A DNA stretch of 64,000 bases from a virus (lineage: Duplodnaviria > Caudoviricetes). Within the stretch, counting starts at the first letter, position 1; the number at the start of each line of letters is the position of its first letter. Both the position numbers and the translations under genes were made by a program. The notes below the pieces were generated by a model that worked only from the letters and a program-made list of their open reading frames with translations, had not been told where the DNA came from and searched no databases. Below are positions 10,893 through 21,222 of the stretch, piece after piece. Where the stretch lies: the IMG/VR virus record IMGVR_UViG_3300014204_000111, positions 64,001 to 128,000 of that record. One strand, written 5' to 3'.

Positions 10893-11330
10893 ATGTTTAA
10901 AATGAAACGTGTTCCAGTTGCACCAAAAAACAAAATTAAAGTTACAAAAGAGATAGAAGTGCATAATTTACAAGAAGCAGTTGATTATTTTAAAGGATGT
11001 AATTTTAGTGATGTTAAGCTTAAAGCAATTATAGATGATTCTTATTATGATAGTGTCGTAGCTACTTATAATTGTCAAGAAACAGATGAAGAGTTTGCTG
11101 CTAGACAATCTAAGTATCAAGATGATTTAAAAGTTTATAAGGAATGGGAGAAGGCTAATGCTGCTAATATTAAAATTTATAAAGAGAAAAGAGCAGAATA
11201 TAAAAAGAATCTAGAAGCTCAAAAAGCCGCAACTGAAAAGATAAATATTCTAAAAGAATTAGACAAAATACAGAAAAGACAAGAGGCTTTAGCGAAAAAG
11301 GAAGCTGCATTATTAAAAGGTAATATATAG
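10893..11330 (+). CDS. Hypothetical coiled-coil protein
   Basis: ORF with AGGAG RBS. Confidence 0.6.
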   Translation: MFKMKRVPVAPKNKIKVTKEIEVHNLQEAVDYFKGCNFSDVKLKAIIDDSYYDSVVATYNCQETDEEFAARQSKYQDDLKVYKEWEKANAANIKIYKEKRAEYKKNLEAQKAATEKINILKELDKIQKRQEALAKKEAALLKGNI

Positions 11331-11604
11331 GAGTTTATATGACGAGTATTAGTGAGACAATTTCTTCAGAAGAGTTTGATAATACTATTATTGAGACTAG
11401 ACATTATTCTCTTGAAACACCTAAAGGAGAGGTATACTGTACTAATGTAGGAGATATAGAGAATGAGAATAATTTTATAGAAATTAGTATTTTACCTGAT
11501 GGTGTTGTGCTTGAAAGTATTGCAGAAGATGGCTCTCCTGTCCAATCTATTCAAGTATCTAAAGAGGCTATGAAATATTTTTGCGAGGAAATTATTAAGA
11601 GATT

Positions 11605-11970
11605 ATGAGAAAAATAGCGGTTGTAGGAAGCAGAAGTTATGATACTCCTCAAGATTGGATAGAATTCAGAAAAACAATGTTGGAAATTATTCAAGATGAT
11701 GAAGTAATGTTTATTAGTGGAGGAGCTAATGGTTCAGATACAATGGCTGAAAAATTTGCAAAACTCTATTCTATACCAATTTTAATTTGGTATGCTAATT
11801 GGAATAAATTTAAAAAATCAGCAGGATTTATTAGAAATCAACAAATTGTAGATAATGCAGAGGAATTAATTGCGTTTTGGGATGGAGAAAGTAAAGGAAC
11901 TCAACATTCGATAGAATTAGCAAACAAGAAGGGTATTCCAGTAACAGTGATTAATATTATTAAAGGATAA
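11605..11970 (+). CDS. SLOG-superfamily (YspA/DUF2493-like) protein
   Basis: IAVVGSR...ISGGANGSD...AGFIRNQQIV...AFWDGESKGTQHSI. Confidence 0.85.
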   Translation: MRKIAVVGSRSYDTPQDWIEFRKTMLEIIQDDEVMFISGGANGSDTMAEKFAKLYSIPILIWYANWNKFKKSAGFIRNQQIVDNAEELIAFWDGESKGTQHSIELANKKGIPVTVINIIKG

Positions 11971-11973
11971 AAA

Positions 11974-12885
11974 ATGAATATTTCAGATTTTGAAACAGAA
12001 GCAATAAGTGGCAATGTATTTGATTTATGCAAAACACAAAATAATGTTGTAGAGGCTAAGGTAGATGGTGTTAGAGCTATGATAGGTAATCTTAACGGAC
12101 AAAGATTTATGCATAGTCGCAATAAAGTAAATGGTGTTTATGTTAATTATGCTGATGTTTTTGATTATATTCAGGTTCCTGACGGAATAGTTGTAGATGG
12201 AGAATTAGCATATCCAGGTAAATCTAGCAAAGATGTAATGAGAGTATTTGGTTCTTCACCAGAACAAGCTAAAAAAAAGTTATTAACATTAGGTAAACCT
12301 ACTTATTATATTTTTGACGCTCTTTGTCATAATAATTTAGATATGAGAGGTCATTCTCAACTAACTAGGAGACTTACGGCTGAGCTAATAGCTGCTAATA
12401 TGAATTCATATTTTGTGACTGTAGCTCCCGTTTTAGCACAATCATGTAGCTCCTTTGCTCTTGACTCTTTACTTGCTCAATCTAAACAACTAGGTTATGA
12501 AGGATTAGTAATAAAAGATAGAACTAAGTCTTATGACGGCTCGACTTGGGGAAAGGTAAAGGGGTCTTATACCTACGATTTTGTTATTGTAGGATTTGAA
12601 GATTCTAAATCACCTAAATATCAAGATAAAGGTATTGCTGCTCTTCGATTAGGTTTATATAATAAGGATGGTAAACTAGTTTTTGTTACTAAATGTTCTG
12701 GACTAACTGATATTGAGCGTTTTGCTTTTTATCAAAATAAAACAGAATATATTGGAAAAGTAGTAGAAGTAAGTGCTGAAAGAATGTTTGAAACAGGAGC
12801 GTTAAGACATCCATCGTATTTAAATTTACGACCAGATTTGACTGACATACATCAAACATTTAAAAAGTACAATATAGATAAATAG
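11974..12885 (+). CDS. Minimal ATP-dependent DNA ligase
   Basis: EAKVDGVR (motif I), VDGEL, YIFD, EGLVIK, WGKVK, OB-fold ending LRHPSYLNLRPD. Confidence 0.92.
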   Translation: MNISDFETEAISGNVFDLCKTQNNVVEAKVDGVRAMIGNLNGQRFMHSRNKVNGVYVNYADVFDYIQVPDGIVVDGELAYPGKSSKDVMRVFGSSPEQAKKKLLTLGKPTYYIFDALCHNNLDMRGHSQLTRRLTAELIAANMNSYFVTVAPVLAQSCSSFALDSLLAQSKQLGYEGLVIKDRTKSYDGSTWGKVKGSYTYDFVIVGFEDSKSPKYQDKGIAALRLGLYNKDGKLVFVTKCSGLTDIERFAFYQNKTEYIGKVVEVSAERMFETGALRHPSYLNLRPDLTDIHQTFKKYNIDK

Positions 12886-12905
12886 TTATAATAAAGAGAT
12901 TAAAA

Positions 12906-13169
12906 ATGAAAAATAGAACACTTAGTATAAATAAAAAAAGAGAATTGAGAAAGTCTCATCCCTGTTGTTCTATTTGTGGATATAATAAATATCCTGAAAT
13001 TCTCGAAATTCATCATAATAATTTTAATCCTAGAGACAATATCCCAGAGAATCTTTTAGTTATATGTCCTACTTGTCATAAAGAAATTCACTATCAACAA
13101 GAAATAGAAGAAGGTATAAAAATTCTTAAAGAGAAAGATATTTTAGATAAAATTAAAGAGTTAGAATGA
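12906..13169 (+). CDS. Small HNH endonuclease
   Basis: CSICG...LEIHH...N...NLLVICPTCH..IH. Confidence 0.85.
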   Translation: MKNRTLSINKKRELRKSHPCCSICGYNKYPEILEIHHNNFNPRDNIPENLLVICPTCHKEIHYQQEIEEGIKILKEKDILDKIKELE

Positions 13170-14077
13170 GTTTTTGGAAAGATGACGCCATAGAAGAGTG
13201 GAAATTTGTTAATCTTATTTGGGAACAAGTACGAGCTGGTATACACAGAAGATTTATAATGAGAATTAATGTACTTGATTATACATATTCTAAATGGTGG
13301 GATGAATTGATTAAATATTCAGAGGAAATCTTTAAGTAAATTATATGGATAAATATATAAGAACAACATTTTATTCTCGTCATCATTTTATTAGCAATAT
13401 ATTAATTAATTATCGTTGGAATTTTACGTTTACAATTAAATGGAATATGAGAAGAATATTATATCTTAGAAACAAATCTCCGCAGCATCTTTTTGGTTTG
13501 CATAATATTTGGAGACAATTAAAATATAATGGTTTGAGGTAACTATAGATGAGGTTCTTAAGATACATAAGTGTAAAAAAGATTATAATAAAAAAGATAA
13601 GAGCTATAAAAATATGATGAATAGATATTATATAGAAGATAGGCCGTTTTATCTAAATCTATTTGGTCATTGGAGAATATCGTTTCAAGCATATATTTGT
13701 ATAGGATTAAAGACTAATAGTAAATATAGATTTTTACCGATGTATAATGCTAAAAAAAGTTTAAAGGAAAAATGGAGTTTATTACGCAAAGATTACATAA
13801 ATTAAGTTTTGTAAGAAAAATTAGATTATATATAAGGTGTCTACGTATAAATTGTTGGAGCTTGTTTACGTTAACTGCTTGTTTAAACAAGATGAAATCT
13901 AAATGACAGTAGGCCCAACTAAATGGAAATTTCTTATTTACATATTTTTTTGCATAAGAACACCGTATATTTCACCTTGTGTTATGAAAATGAACCTTAC
14001 TGATGCATGGGTACTTAGGAAGAGATAACCTAAATTTTACCAGATATTTGTTTCGTCGCTCTTCACCAGGGGTATAA

Positions 14078-14617
14078 TTAAAGATTAAGTAGTTTTTTCA
14101 TTTCGTCTATTGTATCATTGAAGTTAGGAAAGTTTCTATTACCATAGATAGCGTGCCAAGTTTCGTGGCAATTGGAGCATAATACAACACATTTACTGGC
14201 TTCTTCTATAATTCTTTCTTTTTTACAATTTCTTAAAGTTGAAATACCGTAATCTTTATCATTATAATCGAGATGATGGAATATTAAGGCTAAAGAATTA
14301 TTATATCCACATAAACAGCATTTAATTTTGAGAGTTCTAACAAATTCGGTATTAGTTTTGCAAGTTTCACTAAAACATTTTTTACATCTCGAAGCGTAAC
14401 CATCATAATGCGTTATGTCTGTATAAAACTCTATTTTATTTTTAGTTTCTTTACATTGAGAACAGGTTTTATATGATAAATTTTTATCTTGTTTTGATTT
14501 TCCTCTACGAAGTGCTGCTGATTTTTGACTAGCGAATAATAATTGTGCTCTACCTTCTGGAGTACTTATGCGTTTTCTTGCTTTGTCTCTTAGTTTTTGT
14601 TTTGTTTCTTCCGTCAT
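14078..14617 (-). CDS. HNH homing endonuclease, antisense to its neighbours
   Basis: NUMOD3-like N-terminus, Zn-ribbon, CCLCG...FHHL...KCVVLCSNCHETWH. Confidence 0.88.
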   Translation of the reverse strand: MTEETKQKLRDKARKRISTPEGRAQLLFASQKSAALRRGKSKQDKNLSYKTCSQCKETKNKIEFYTDITHYDGYASRCKKCFSETCKTNTEFVRTLKIKCCLCGYNNSLALIFHHLDYNDKDYGISTLRNCKKERIIEEASKCVVLCSNCHETWHAIYGNRNFPNFNDTIDEMKKLLNL

Positions 14618-14819
14618 TGTTTTGTCCTAAAATAAAATTGCCCCAGCGGACAGCCTGACGAAGGGCGAACTGAGGCATTCTACAATTGGATTTCGTCATT
14701 GTCCAGTTTATTTTACCCATATTTAACTGAAAAGATGTTTGAGCATCAGTAATATTGGGAATAATACATTGAACAGGAAATCCCGTCTATATCGTAAAAT
14801 TATTTAGGTTGGTGTTAAA

Positions 14820-15182
14820 ATGGCAAAATTTCGTGATGCTAATGGAAACATTGTTGAAGGCGTAGCAATTAACGAAGCATCGGATAAGAGGATTCAAGCA
14901 AAGTTGGCTTGTGGTCTATCACCTCGTGGGCGCTTAATGAAGATTCCGGCGGATGATAATCAGGTTGTCCTTTTCAATGCTTATTCAGAGGCTCTTGAGT
15001 CTTTGATTAGTTCCGAGGATGCTCTAACTGTATTGGGCAAGACTACAATTAATATGCTTAGGACTGCTAAAGATAACCTATCAAAAGGTGTCAATGCATA
15101 TCAACGCATGAAGAGTAATGGTCTTACTCTTGCTGATTTTGCTAAGCCTGCTCCTGTGGTAGAAACTTCCGAAGTAGGGTAA
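14820..15182 (+). CDS. Unknown protein, paralogue of 48429-48821
   Basis: MAKFRDANG..VEGVAINE..RIQ..L..GL...G.L..IPAD shared by both. Confidence 0.8.
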   Translation: MAKFRDANGNIVEGVAINEASDKRIQAKLACGLSPRGRLMKIPADDNQVVLFNAYSEALESLISSEDALTVLGKTTINMLRTAKDNLSKGVNAYQRMKSNGLTLADFAKPAPVVETSEVG

Positions 15183-15267
15183 ATTAAATAACTACGTCTT
15201 AATTGAAAGGTTAAGAATATCGCACAGGGCAGCCTGGGGTGGTAAAATAGCTTAGAGAAGTTAGATG

Positions 15268-15295
15268 CCGCCAAGAGTGTTACTTGGCGGTTTTT
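15268..15295 (+). terminator. Rho-independent terminator
   Basis: CCGCCAAG-loop-CTTGGCGG followed by TTTTT. Confidence 0.85.
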
Positions 15296-15343
15296 GCTCC
15301 TGTGTTTAGGAACCTGCGAAAGTGGGTAAAATAAGACTAACAG

Positions 15344-15515
15344 CACCCAGAAGGCTTAGTTAGTGTCTTGTAACGGACAACTATCCTAAGTGCTTAGGAA
15401 AGTTTCCCATACTAAATGCCGACCACCTGGGTCTTTTATCTCGATATATCTCAGAAATTCTGCTATGGTTGTTAACCCTCTTATAAGAGGGCAGAGTGGA
15501 TTGTAAATTATCGAG
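15344..15515 (+). ncRNA. Unidentified structured RNA leader upstream of tRNA-Asp
   Basis: Promoter at 15303-15332; nested stems ACCCAG/CTGGGT, TTAGT/ACTAA, TCCTAAG/CTTAGGA, then CTCGATA/TATCGAG. Confidence 0.55.
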
Positions 15516-15522
15516 TTTTCGT

Positions 15523-15595
15523 AGTCTCTTAGTTTAGCAGCAGAAACATTGCCTTGTCACGGCAAAGATAGCGAGGGCAGCACTCGTAGGGACTG
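15523..15595 (+). tRNA. tRNA-Asp(GUC)
   Basis: TTGCC-TTGTCAC-GGCAA; atypical T loop GGCAGCA. Confidence 0.88.
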
Positions 15596-15649
15596 TTTTA
15601 TTTTTAAAATTTGTTCATTGAAAATTGTTTGCAAATTATTAATAACAAT

Positions 15650-15929
15650 GCCCAGGTGGTGAAATTGGCAAACACAAGGGACTTACATAAAATTGAGCGT
15701 ATATAAAGGAATTTATATATGGATGTCGCCTAATTCGGTGAAACCTAAGTCAAAAGATATGGCAATACCGAGCCAAACTCTAATAAGAGAAGTGTGTAGA
15801 GACTATACAGCGACCATCCAGAACGGATGAAGATAGAGTCCAGACCCCAAACTTAACAGGTAGAGAAATCTATGGTGGTATGAAAATCCCTCGGCTTCGG
15901 TCTTACGGGTTCGATTCCCGTCCTGGGCA
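15650..15929 (+). tRNA. tRNA-Leu(UAA) interrupted by a group I intron
   Basis: Exon 1 15650-15684 ends GGGACTT; exon 2 15883-15929 starts AAAATCCC; GCCCAGG/CCTGGGC acceptor. Confidence 0.93.
15685..15882 (+). mobile_element. Group I intron (IC3, trnL-type), 198 nt, no ORF
   Basis: P AATTCGGTGAAAC, Q GGCAATACCGAGCC, R GTGTAGAGACTA, S AAGATAGAGTCC; terminal G; inserted after U34 as in cyanobacterial/plastid trnL. Confidence 0.92.
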
Positions 15930-16143
15930 TTTATTTTAAATTAGGAGATAATTATGGAGAAATCTTGTTGGTGGATAGAAGGTGGATTATGTTATTTAGA
16001 GCATAATCGTAGAAATACTACAGATGGACGTTCATGTGTTAAATGTAATGGTGTATGTAAGGGTTATATTTCTAAAAGAGAATTTCTTTCACAGTTTATT
16101 CCAAGTGATAAATTGATAATTATGAGCGAGGAAAGTAATATAA

Positions 16144-18293
16144 ATGAAAATTCAATTGATTGTTTATGAAATTTTTGCATGTAATAGTCGTAGAATATTT
16201 CCAAGATTTCCATCTATTCCTCTTGGTGACAAAGTAGATTGTATAAAATTTATGATGATTTCTCATAATAATGTGGTTCCTTTATCAAAAATATGGAAAG
16301 CAACAAAGAGAAAAGAAGGTACACAATAAATGGATGTTAAATTAATTGCTCTTATTATTACGGCTATGGCAGACCATTATTTAGGATATGAATTTGATAT
16401 ACGTAACTTTTACCTTAAATATCATAAATCTATGAATCTTTGCTCAGGTAATAATTTAACTCATATTTGGTCACAGCTTGAACATAGAAGTATAAATTAT
16501 AAGCGGAGTGTAGAATGAAATTTTTATTTCCCAGGTTTATTGCTGTTGAAATGACACTAGGAACGTGGAAAGAAATTTGCCATTTAAATTTCTTTGATAA
16601 AAAATGTATGGCTTTAAATTATGTTTCAGGAACAACATTTTTATCTATGACAAGAATGTTAGAAGAGCTAAAAAAGCTTCTATAACACTGGAGAATACAA
16701 AGAAATGTATAGTATATTATGGTATATAAAATCTTCTATCTATATTAAGATAAAACGAGAATCAGGAATATCTCCTTCTTCTTTATCTCTTTACTGGAGA
16801 GTGTTATGTTTACTGAAAGGTGTTAATGTTTCCATAAATCTATAGCATATAAAATATCAAGGATGGTTATCACTCTGAGAGCGAGACAAGCTGTTAACTT
16901 GTTATAGGATAGTTTGATTCTATCACCATCCGCCATTTTTTTATGCGCCCTTAAAGCGTAGATAGCGACGCGGGACTCCTGTAAAGTTCAGAGAATTGTG
17001 CAAGTCAATTTGGGGGCTTTTGAACTCTAAATAAGGTAATAAAATGATGTTTTTTATTAAATTAATCAGTCTTAAAATTAGAGATTACAGAACATTTGGT
17101 TTAGAATTTAATGATTATTATCCTTATTATTGTTTGCGTAAACCATTTTTTAATCATGCATTATCAGTTTATTTTGACATCTTTATTAGGTCGATAAAAT
17201 CATGACATTATTTTTGCATTTAATTAGCACTATTTTACATATGAAGAAATTCAATCCTTATCGTAAATTTAATTATAATATAAGAGAGTGGAGAGTATTA
17301 TATCCTAAGCTTATATTTAATAATAAATATAAGAGCAGATATCCTCTAAAATTAAGTGATGTTCTTAGATGTATGAAAAATGAGAAGAAAAGTGTGTCTA
17401 GAAATAGAGCGTTTAAATGAAAATACGAATAATAGCTTTTATGATTAATAGGTTGTTCTGGAAAAAATATTTTAATATAACTCCTGAAGAAAAATTTCTT
17501 TCTCAGACTCAGTGTGGGATGGTTAATCCATTATCAACATTATGGAGATATTTAAAAAAGTGAAGATACAATTAATAGCATTTAAAATTATGTTGTTACA
17601 TCATGTTAAATCAAATAGGGGATTTAGCTTAACATTCTTTGATTTAAAGAAGATTAACCAAGAGTTAGACCATCGTTCAATGGGAATGAGAACAATTAAG
17701 TCTTTGTCTCTTTATTGGGGAGAAATTAAGTGCAAGAACTTTTATTCTTATAGTGTGCAAATATGATTTTTAAACTAATTGCTACGGTTATTTTATTAAG
17801 AACTTATCATTCACAACATCTTTCTCTTAGAGAGCATTATAAGGCTTATACTATTTTTATGTCTACAGATTTAGAATTACCATTGTCTGAACTACTTAAT
17901 CGTTTAAAAAGATGTCTGAGATAAATCGTTATAAGGAATCAATTAAATGAGATTGAAATTAATTGCTGTGATAATGGGTTTAATGTATATGGATAGATTG
18001 AAAGTTTATCGTAATGACTTATATAATCTTAGTAAAAATCCGGATATAAGTTTTTCTAGTGGCTTAGTAAACGTTTGGAAAATAATAAAGGAAGAGAGAA
18101 AGAGTAAAAGATGAAATTTAGATTAATTATTTTAATAATATGTATAATGTCTACACACCAAGGTAATAATATACATAAAATATTTGATTTATACGATATA
18201 TATGACTTAAGTAAAAATTCAAATTTCACTTTTATTAATAGCTTATCAAATATTTGGGAAGAAGTTAAATTATCAGGTGTTTGGGAAATTTAA
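16144..18293 (+). CDS. Tandem array of 45-75 aa paralogous microproteins (N-terminal 'KLI' patch, C-terminal 'LS..W..LK')
   Basis: ORFs at 16144, 16330, 17202, 17417, 17560, 17947, 18111 with overlapping stop/start codons and shared end motifs. Confidence 0.65.
16861..16935 (+). tRNA. tRNA-Asn(GUU)
   Basis: GGATGGT/ACCATCC-GCCA; ACAAG-CTGTTAA-CTTGT; divergent D arm. Confidence 0.85.
16947..17018 (+). tRNA. tRNA-Thr(UGU) with C33
   Basis: GCCCTTA/TGGGGGC; GGACT-CCTGTAA-AGTTC. Confidence 0.8.
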
Positions 18294-18360
18294 ACTAATC
18301 TCTATAGGTGTATGTGCGTTTCTCTGTTTAAAACCTCCTAGAACGGGTATAATGAGTTAT

Positions 18361-18435
18361 GCGGGTATGATGTCAATGTCAGCATGGGGCGCTTCCAACG
18401 CCTTCGTCAGAGTTAGAGCCTCTGTATCCGCTCCA
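18361..18435 (+). tRNA. tRNA-Gly(UCC)
   Basis: GCGGGTA/TATCCGC-TCCA; loop CTTCCAA. Confidence 0.92.
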
Positions 18436-18701
18436 ATTTAGAGTTTACGGGAGAGGTCTATAAGTCTCATTTTGAGGTATCAATTTTATACTCAATGAGT
18501 GTCACTCTTATAGATATGGTAAGTCCTACGGGCATCAATTTGGTGTAATGAGCACGCTCCCACAATTTGAAATACCTAAGATGCCTCCTGTGAGTTCCGT
18601 GGGATGGAGATGAGGTATGCCTTAACGGAACCATAATGAGTATAACAAGAATTATACATAGGCTTTTTAGTTTGAAATTAAATATTTAAGGTAGTAAATA
18701 T

Positions 18702-18776
18702 GGGCGATTAGTGCTAATGGTAAAACATCTGCCCTGCAAGCAGAAATTATCAGTTCGACTCTGATATTGTCCACCA
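18702..18776 (+). tRNA. tRNA-Ala(UGC) with C33
   Basis: G3:U70, ACCA end; TCTGC-CCTGCAA-GCAGA. Confidence 0.9.
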
Positions 18777-19015
18777 ATTTAATAATATGGATATACAAAT
18801 AGTAAGAAAAATGATATGTTATAAAGCATCTTATTTATGGAATAGAGATTTTGATAAATATATAAGGACTTATTATGAGGATGGTAACTTTTATAGCGAA
18901 GGACATATGGGGTATTCTGAATCAATAAAAAAGACTTTTCGTAATTTAAAGATGGGAAGAGCAGCAATTAAGAGAAAAGAAATTTTTCCTATTTGGTATT
19001 ATGGATTTAAAAAAT

Positions 19016-19107
19016 GGAAGAGGAACCATACAAGCGCGCTGGCTTCGCCTTGAAAGCGAAAGGGACGTGTAAAAGCGTTTGGGGAGCGTGACCTCTCTCT
19101 TCCGCCA
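19016..19107 (+). tRNA. tRNA-Ser(UGA)
   Basis: GGAAGAG/CTCTTCC-GCCA; TTCGC-CTTGAAA-GCGAA; long variable arm. Confidence 0.9.
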
Positions 19108-19560
19108 TTTATTTTAGGATAAACAATGAAGATAACAGACCCTAAATATGACCCAAGCAATGCCTTACATAGTGCATTCTTTGAACAACTGGAACTTTGA
19201 ACAACTGGAAGAGTTATGCCAAAATAATCCTGGTATAGAATATAGGTATGATTGGACAAGGGAGATTGGAACTGATGTTTGGTATCCCGTATTTTTAGGT
19301 ATGTCTGTGCGTATAAAGTTAAAGAGATATCCAGAAAATGCTGATTTGGAAATATAAATGATTAATAATAAAGAGGTATATAATTATGGAAGTGATTGTA
19401 GTTAGACAAAGAGACCAAGAAACTCTTGAAGAGCAAGATGTAAGAGTTTTTGTCTCTTCAGATGAAGCACAAGCAGTTTGCAATAAACTAAATGTTGAGT
19501 ATGAAGTTATTATTTTGGAAGAATTAATTTGTGGTGATTTTGAAAAAATTAGGAAAGAAT

Positions 19561-19635
19561 GACCTTATCGTATAGTGGTAATTACGATTCTCTGCAAAAG
19601 AATAGACAGTAGTTCGATTCTACTTTTGGTCTCCA
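19561..19635 (+). tRNA. tRNA-Cys(GCA)
   Basis: ATTCT-CTGCAAA-AGAAT; U73-CCA; two U:U mismatches in the acceptor stem. Confidence 0.85.
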
Positions 19636-19639
19636 ATAA

Positions 19640-19713
19640 TGGCCTGTAGTTTAATGGTAAAACTTCTGCTTTACACGCAGATGTTGGGGATTCGATTTCC
19701 TTCGGGCCAACCA
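19640..19713 (+). tRNA. tRNA-Val(UAC)
   Basis: TCTGC-TTTACAC-GCAGA; ACCA end. Confidence 0.92.
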
Positions 19714-19744
19714 TTTTAAATTTGTTGATTCCCGAACTATTTAT

Positions 19745-19831
19745 GGGAGAGCGTTGGAGTTAGAGAGCCAAGACAGACTGTAAATCTGTTCCCTTCGGGG
19801 TGAGTAGGTGCGAATCCTACCTCTCCCACCA
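19745..19831 (+). tRNA. tRNA-Tyr(GUA)
   Basis: ACAGA-CTGTAAA-TCTGT; variable arm CCCTTCGGGG; ACCA end. Confidence 0.93.
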
Positions 19832-20391
19832 TAAAGAGGTTTTATTATGAATAGTTTTTTAAGTTTAATTGTATATTATTTTCGTATAAATGGATGGTTT
19901 CGTGGGGTTGATATTAAAGAAAAATTAGAATGGGTTTCATTTAAAAGAGTAAGACAACATCACAAAGCGCTTTTTTCCTCTTTATCTGAATGTTTAAATT
20001 ATCAGAAGAGAAAATAAATGTCTTTAAAAAGAATTTTTGATTGTGCTTTACTATGGTTTTTTAATGCAAGTGTTGGAGTAGAATATGAAGATATAGATGA
20101 AAAACAATATCTTCTTAAACATTTAAGAATGGCGCATATTGTTGAGCCTCTTACTGAATTATTAGTGTTAGCTAAGTTTAAGGAAGATTGTATTGAAAAA
20201 TAATCTTGAAAATGTTCTTTTATTGGCTTATAATTATTTTGTTTGGGGAGGAGTTATTAGTGATGATTGGCCTATGAAAAACAAATTATACTGGGTTAAA
20301 AATGAAGTATTAAAGGAGCTTCATTCTTTATCTTGGTATTTAGATTGGATTAAAAATCACATTAAGGAATTTTCAGAGTTATAAATATTAA

Positions 20392-20465
20392 TGGTGGTTC
20401 GTCTAATTGGTAGCTGACCTTACCCTTTGAAGGTAAAGATGGGAGTTCGAGTCTCTCACCACCAG
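20392..20465 (+). tRNA. tRNA-Gln(UUG)
   Basis: TGGTGGT/ACCACCA-G; TTACC-CTTTGAA-GGTAA. Confidence 0.9.
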
Positions 20466-20999
20466 TTTTTTAAAATACTAATATGCCCAATAATGGTGCA
20501 ATTTATGAATATAATAAAGAGAATTAGAGATATAATTATAAGTAAAGCTAGGAATACTTTGATTGGACAAAATTTTGCATTGCTTCATTTTATCTCTTTA
20601 TCTTCTATGTTACATATTATCAAGGCAAATAAATGATATTCACACAATTAGTTTGTTTAAAAATGTTCCACAAATCTCAAAAATACGAAATACCTTTCGT
20701 AGAGGCGTATTATACTTGTAAAAGACATAGGCTTCATCATTATACATGGCAACAAAAAATAAAAGAATCTTGGAATATACTGTATAGACAAGCAATTCAT
20801 AGGAACAAATTATGTTAAAACAATTTCTTAGGTTGTGTGTCGTTACAATATTTAATCATAGATATGGTGGACGTTTACAATACAACAACCGACAACTTGT
20901 ATCAGTATGTTTTCGCTTTGGTAAATGTAGATTAATATTCGGGTTATCTTATTATTTAGAATCTTTGATACGATTTAGTCAAAATAAATAAAATTATAT

Positions 21000-21071
21000 G
21001 TCTCTTTAGTTTATATAGTAAAACAAGAATCTCCAAAATTTTAGAAGTCTGTGCAAGTCGGACAAGAGGCG
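21000..21071 (+). tRNA. tRNA-Trp(CCA)
   Basis: GTCTCTT/AAGAGGC-G; loop CTCCAAA. Confidence 0.85.
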
Positions 21072-21149
21072 TTTGAAATTTCTCTGTGTTGGGTATAATA
21101 ATGTGTGCTGGTGACGGTTCATCGTCTTAAAGCTAGTGCCAGCCATTTC

Positions 21150-21220
21150 GCCCCGGTAGTTTAACAGAAGAACATAAGACCTTCAATCTTAGAGTCGGAG
21201 TGCGATTCTCCGTCGGGGTA
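21150..21220 (+). tRNA. tRNA-Glu(UUC) with C33
   Basis: GCCCCGG/TCGGGGT; TAAGA-CCTTCAA-TCTTA; abuts the HNH stop codon. Confidence 0.78.
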
Positions 21221-21222
21221 AT

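Noticed and set aside
13834-13978. Possible structured RNA (AAGGTG/CACCTT, CTTGTTTA/TAAACAAG)
   Set aside because: Stems are short and AT-rich, there is no promoter directly upstream, and it partly overlaps a possible microprotein ORF.
14639-14704. HDV-like/theta or hammerhead ribozyme
   Set aside because: The pseudoknot lacks P3/L3 and P4, and the CTGACGA...GAA segment lacks stems I/III and a cleavage triplet.
15219-15272. c-di-GMP-I riboswitch (starts CGCACAGGGCA)
   Set aside because: The GNRA-capped P2 and GACGCAAA core are missing and it lies 3' of a gene; treated as a hairpin plus terminator.
15417-15432. ZTP riboswitch 3' hairpin (GCCGACCACCTGGG)
   Set aside because: No upstream P1/GACUGG partner; the segment pairs better with 15345-15355 as a closing stem.
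21106-21145. Mini-tRNA (GCTGGT...GCCAGCCA) after promoter 21091
   Set aside because: Only a short stem and one hairpin with no T loop; too little to call beyond a structured leader.
21150-21220. UCA (opal/Sec) suppressor reading of the CTTCAA loop
   Set aside because: The 5-bp stem TAAGA/TCTTA centres the 7-nt loop on TTC; no Sec-type long arms.
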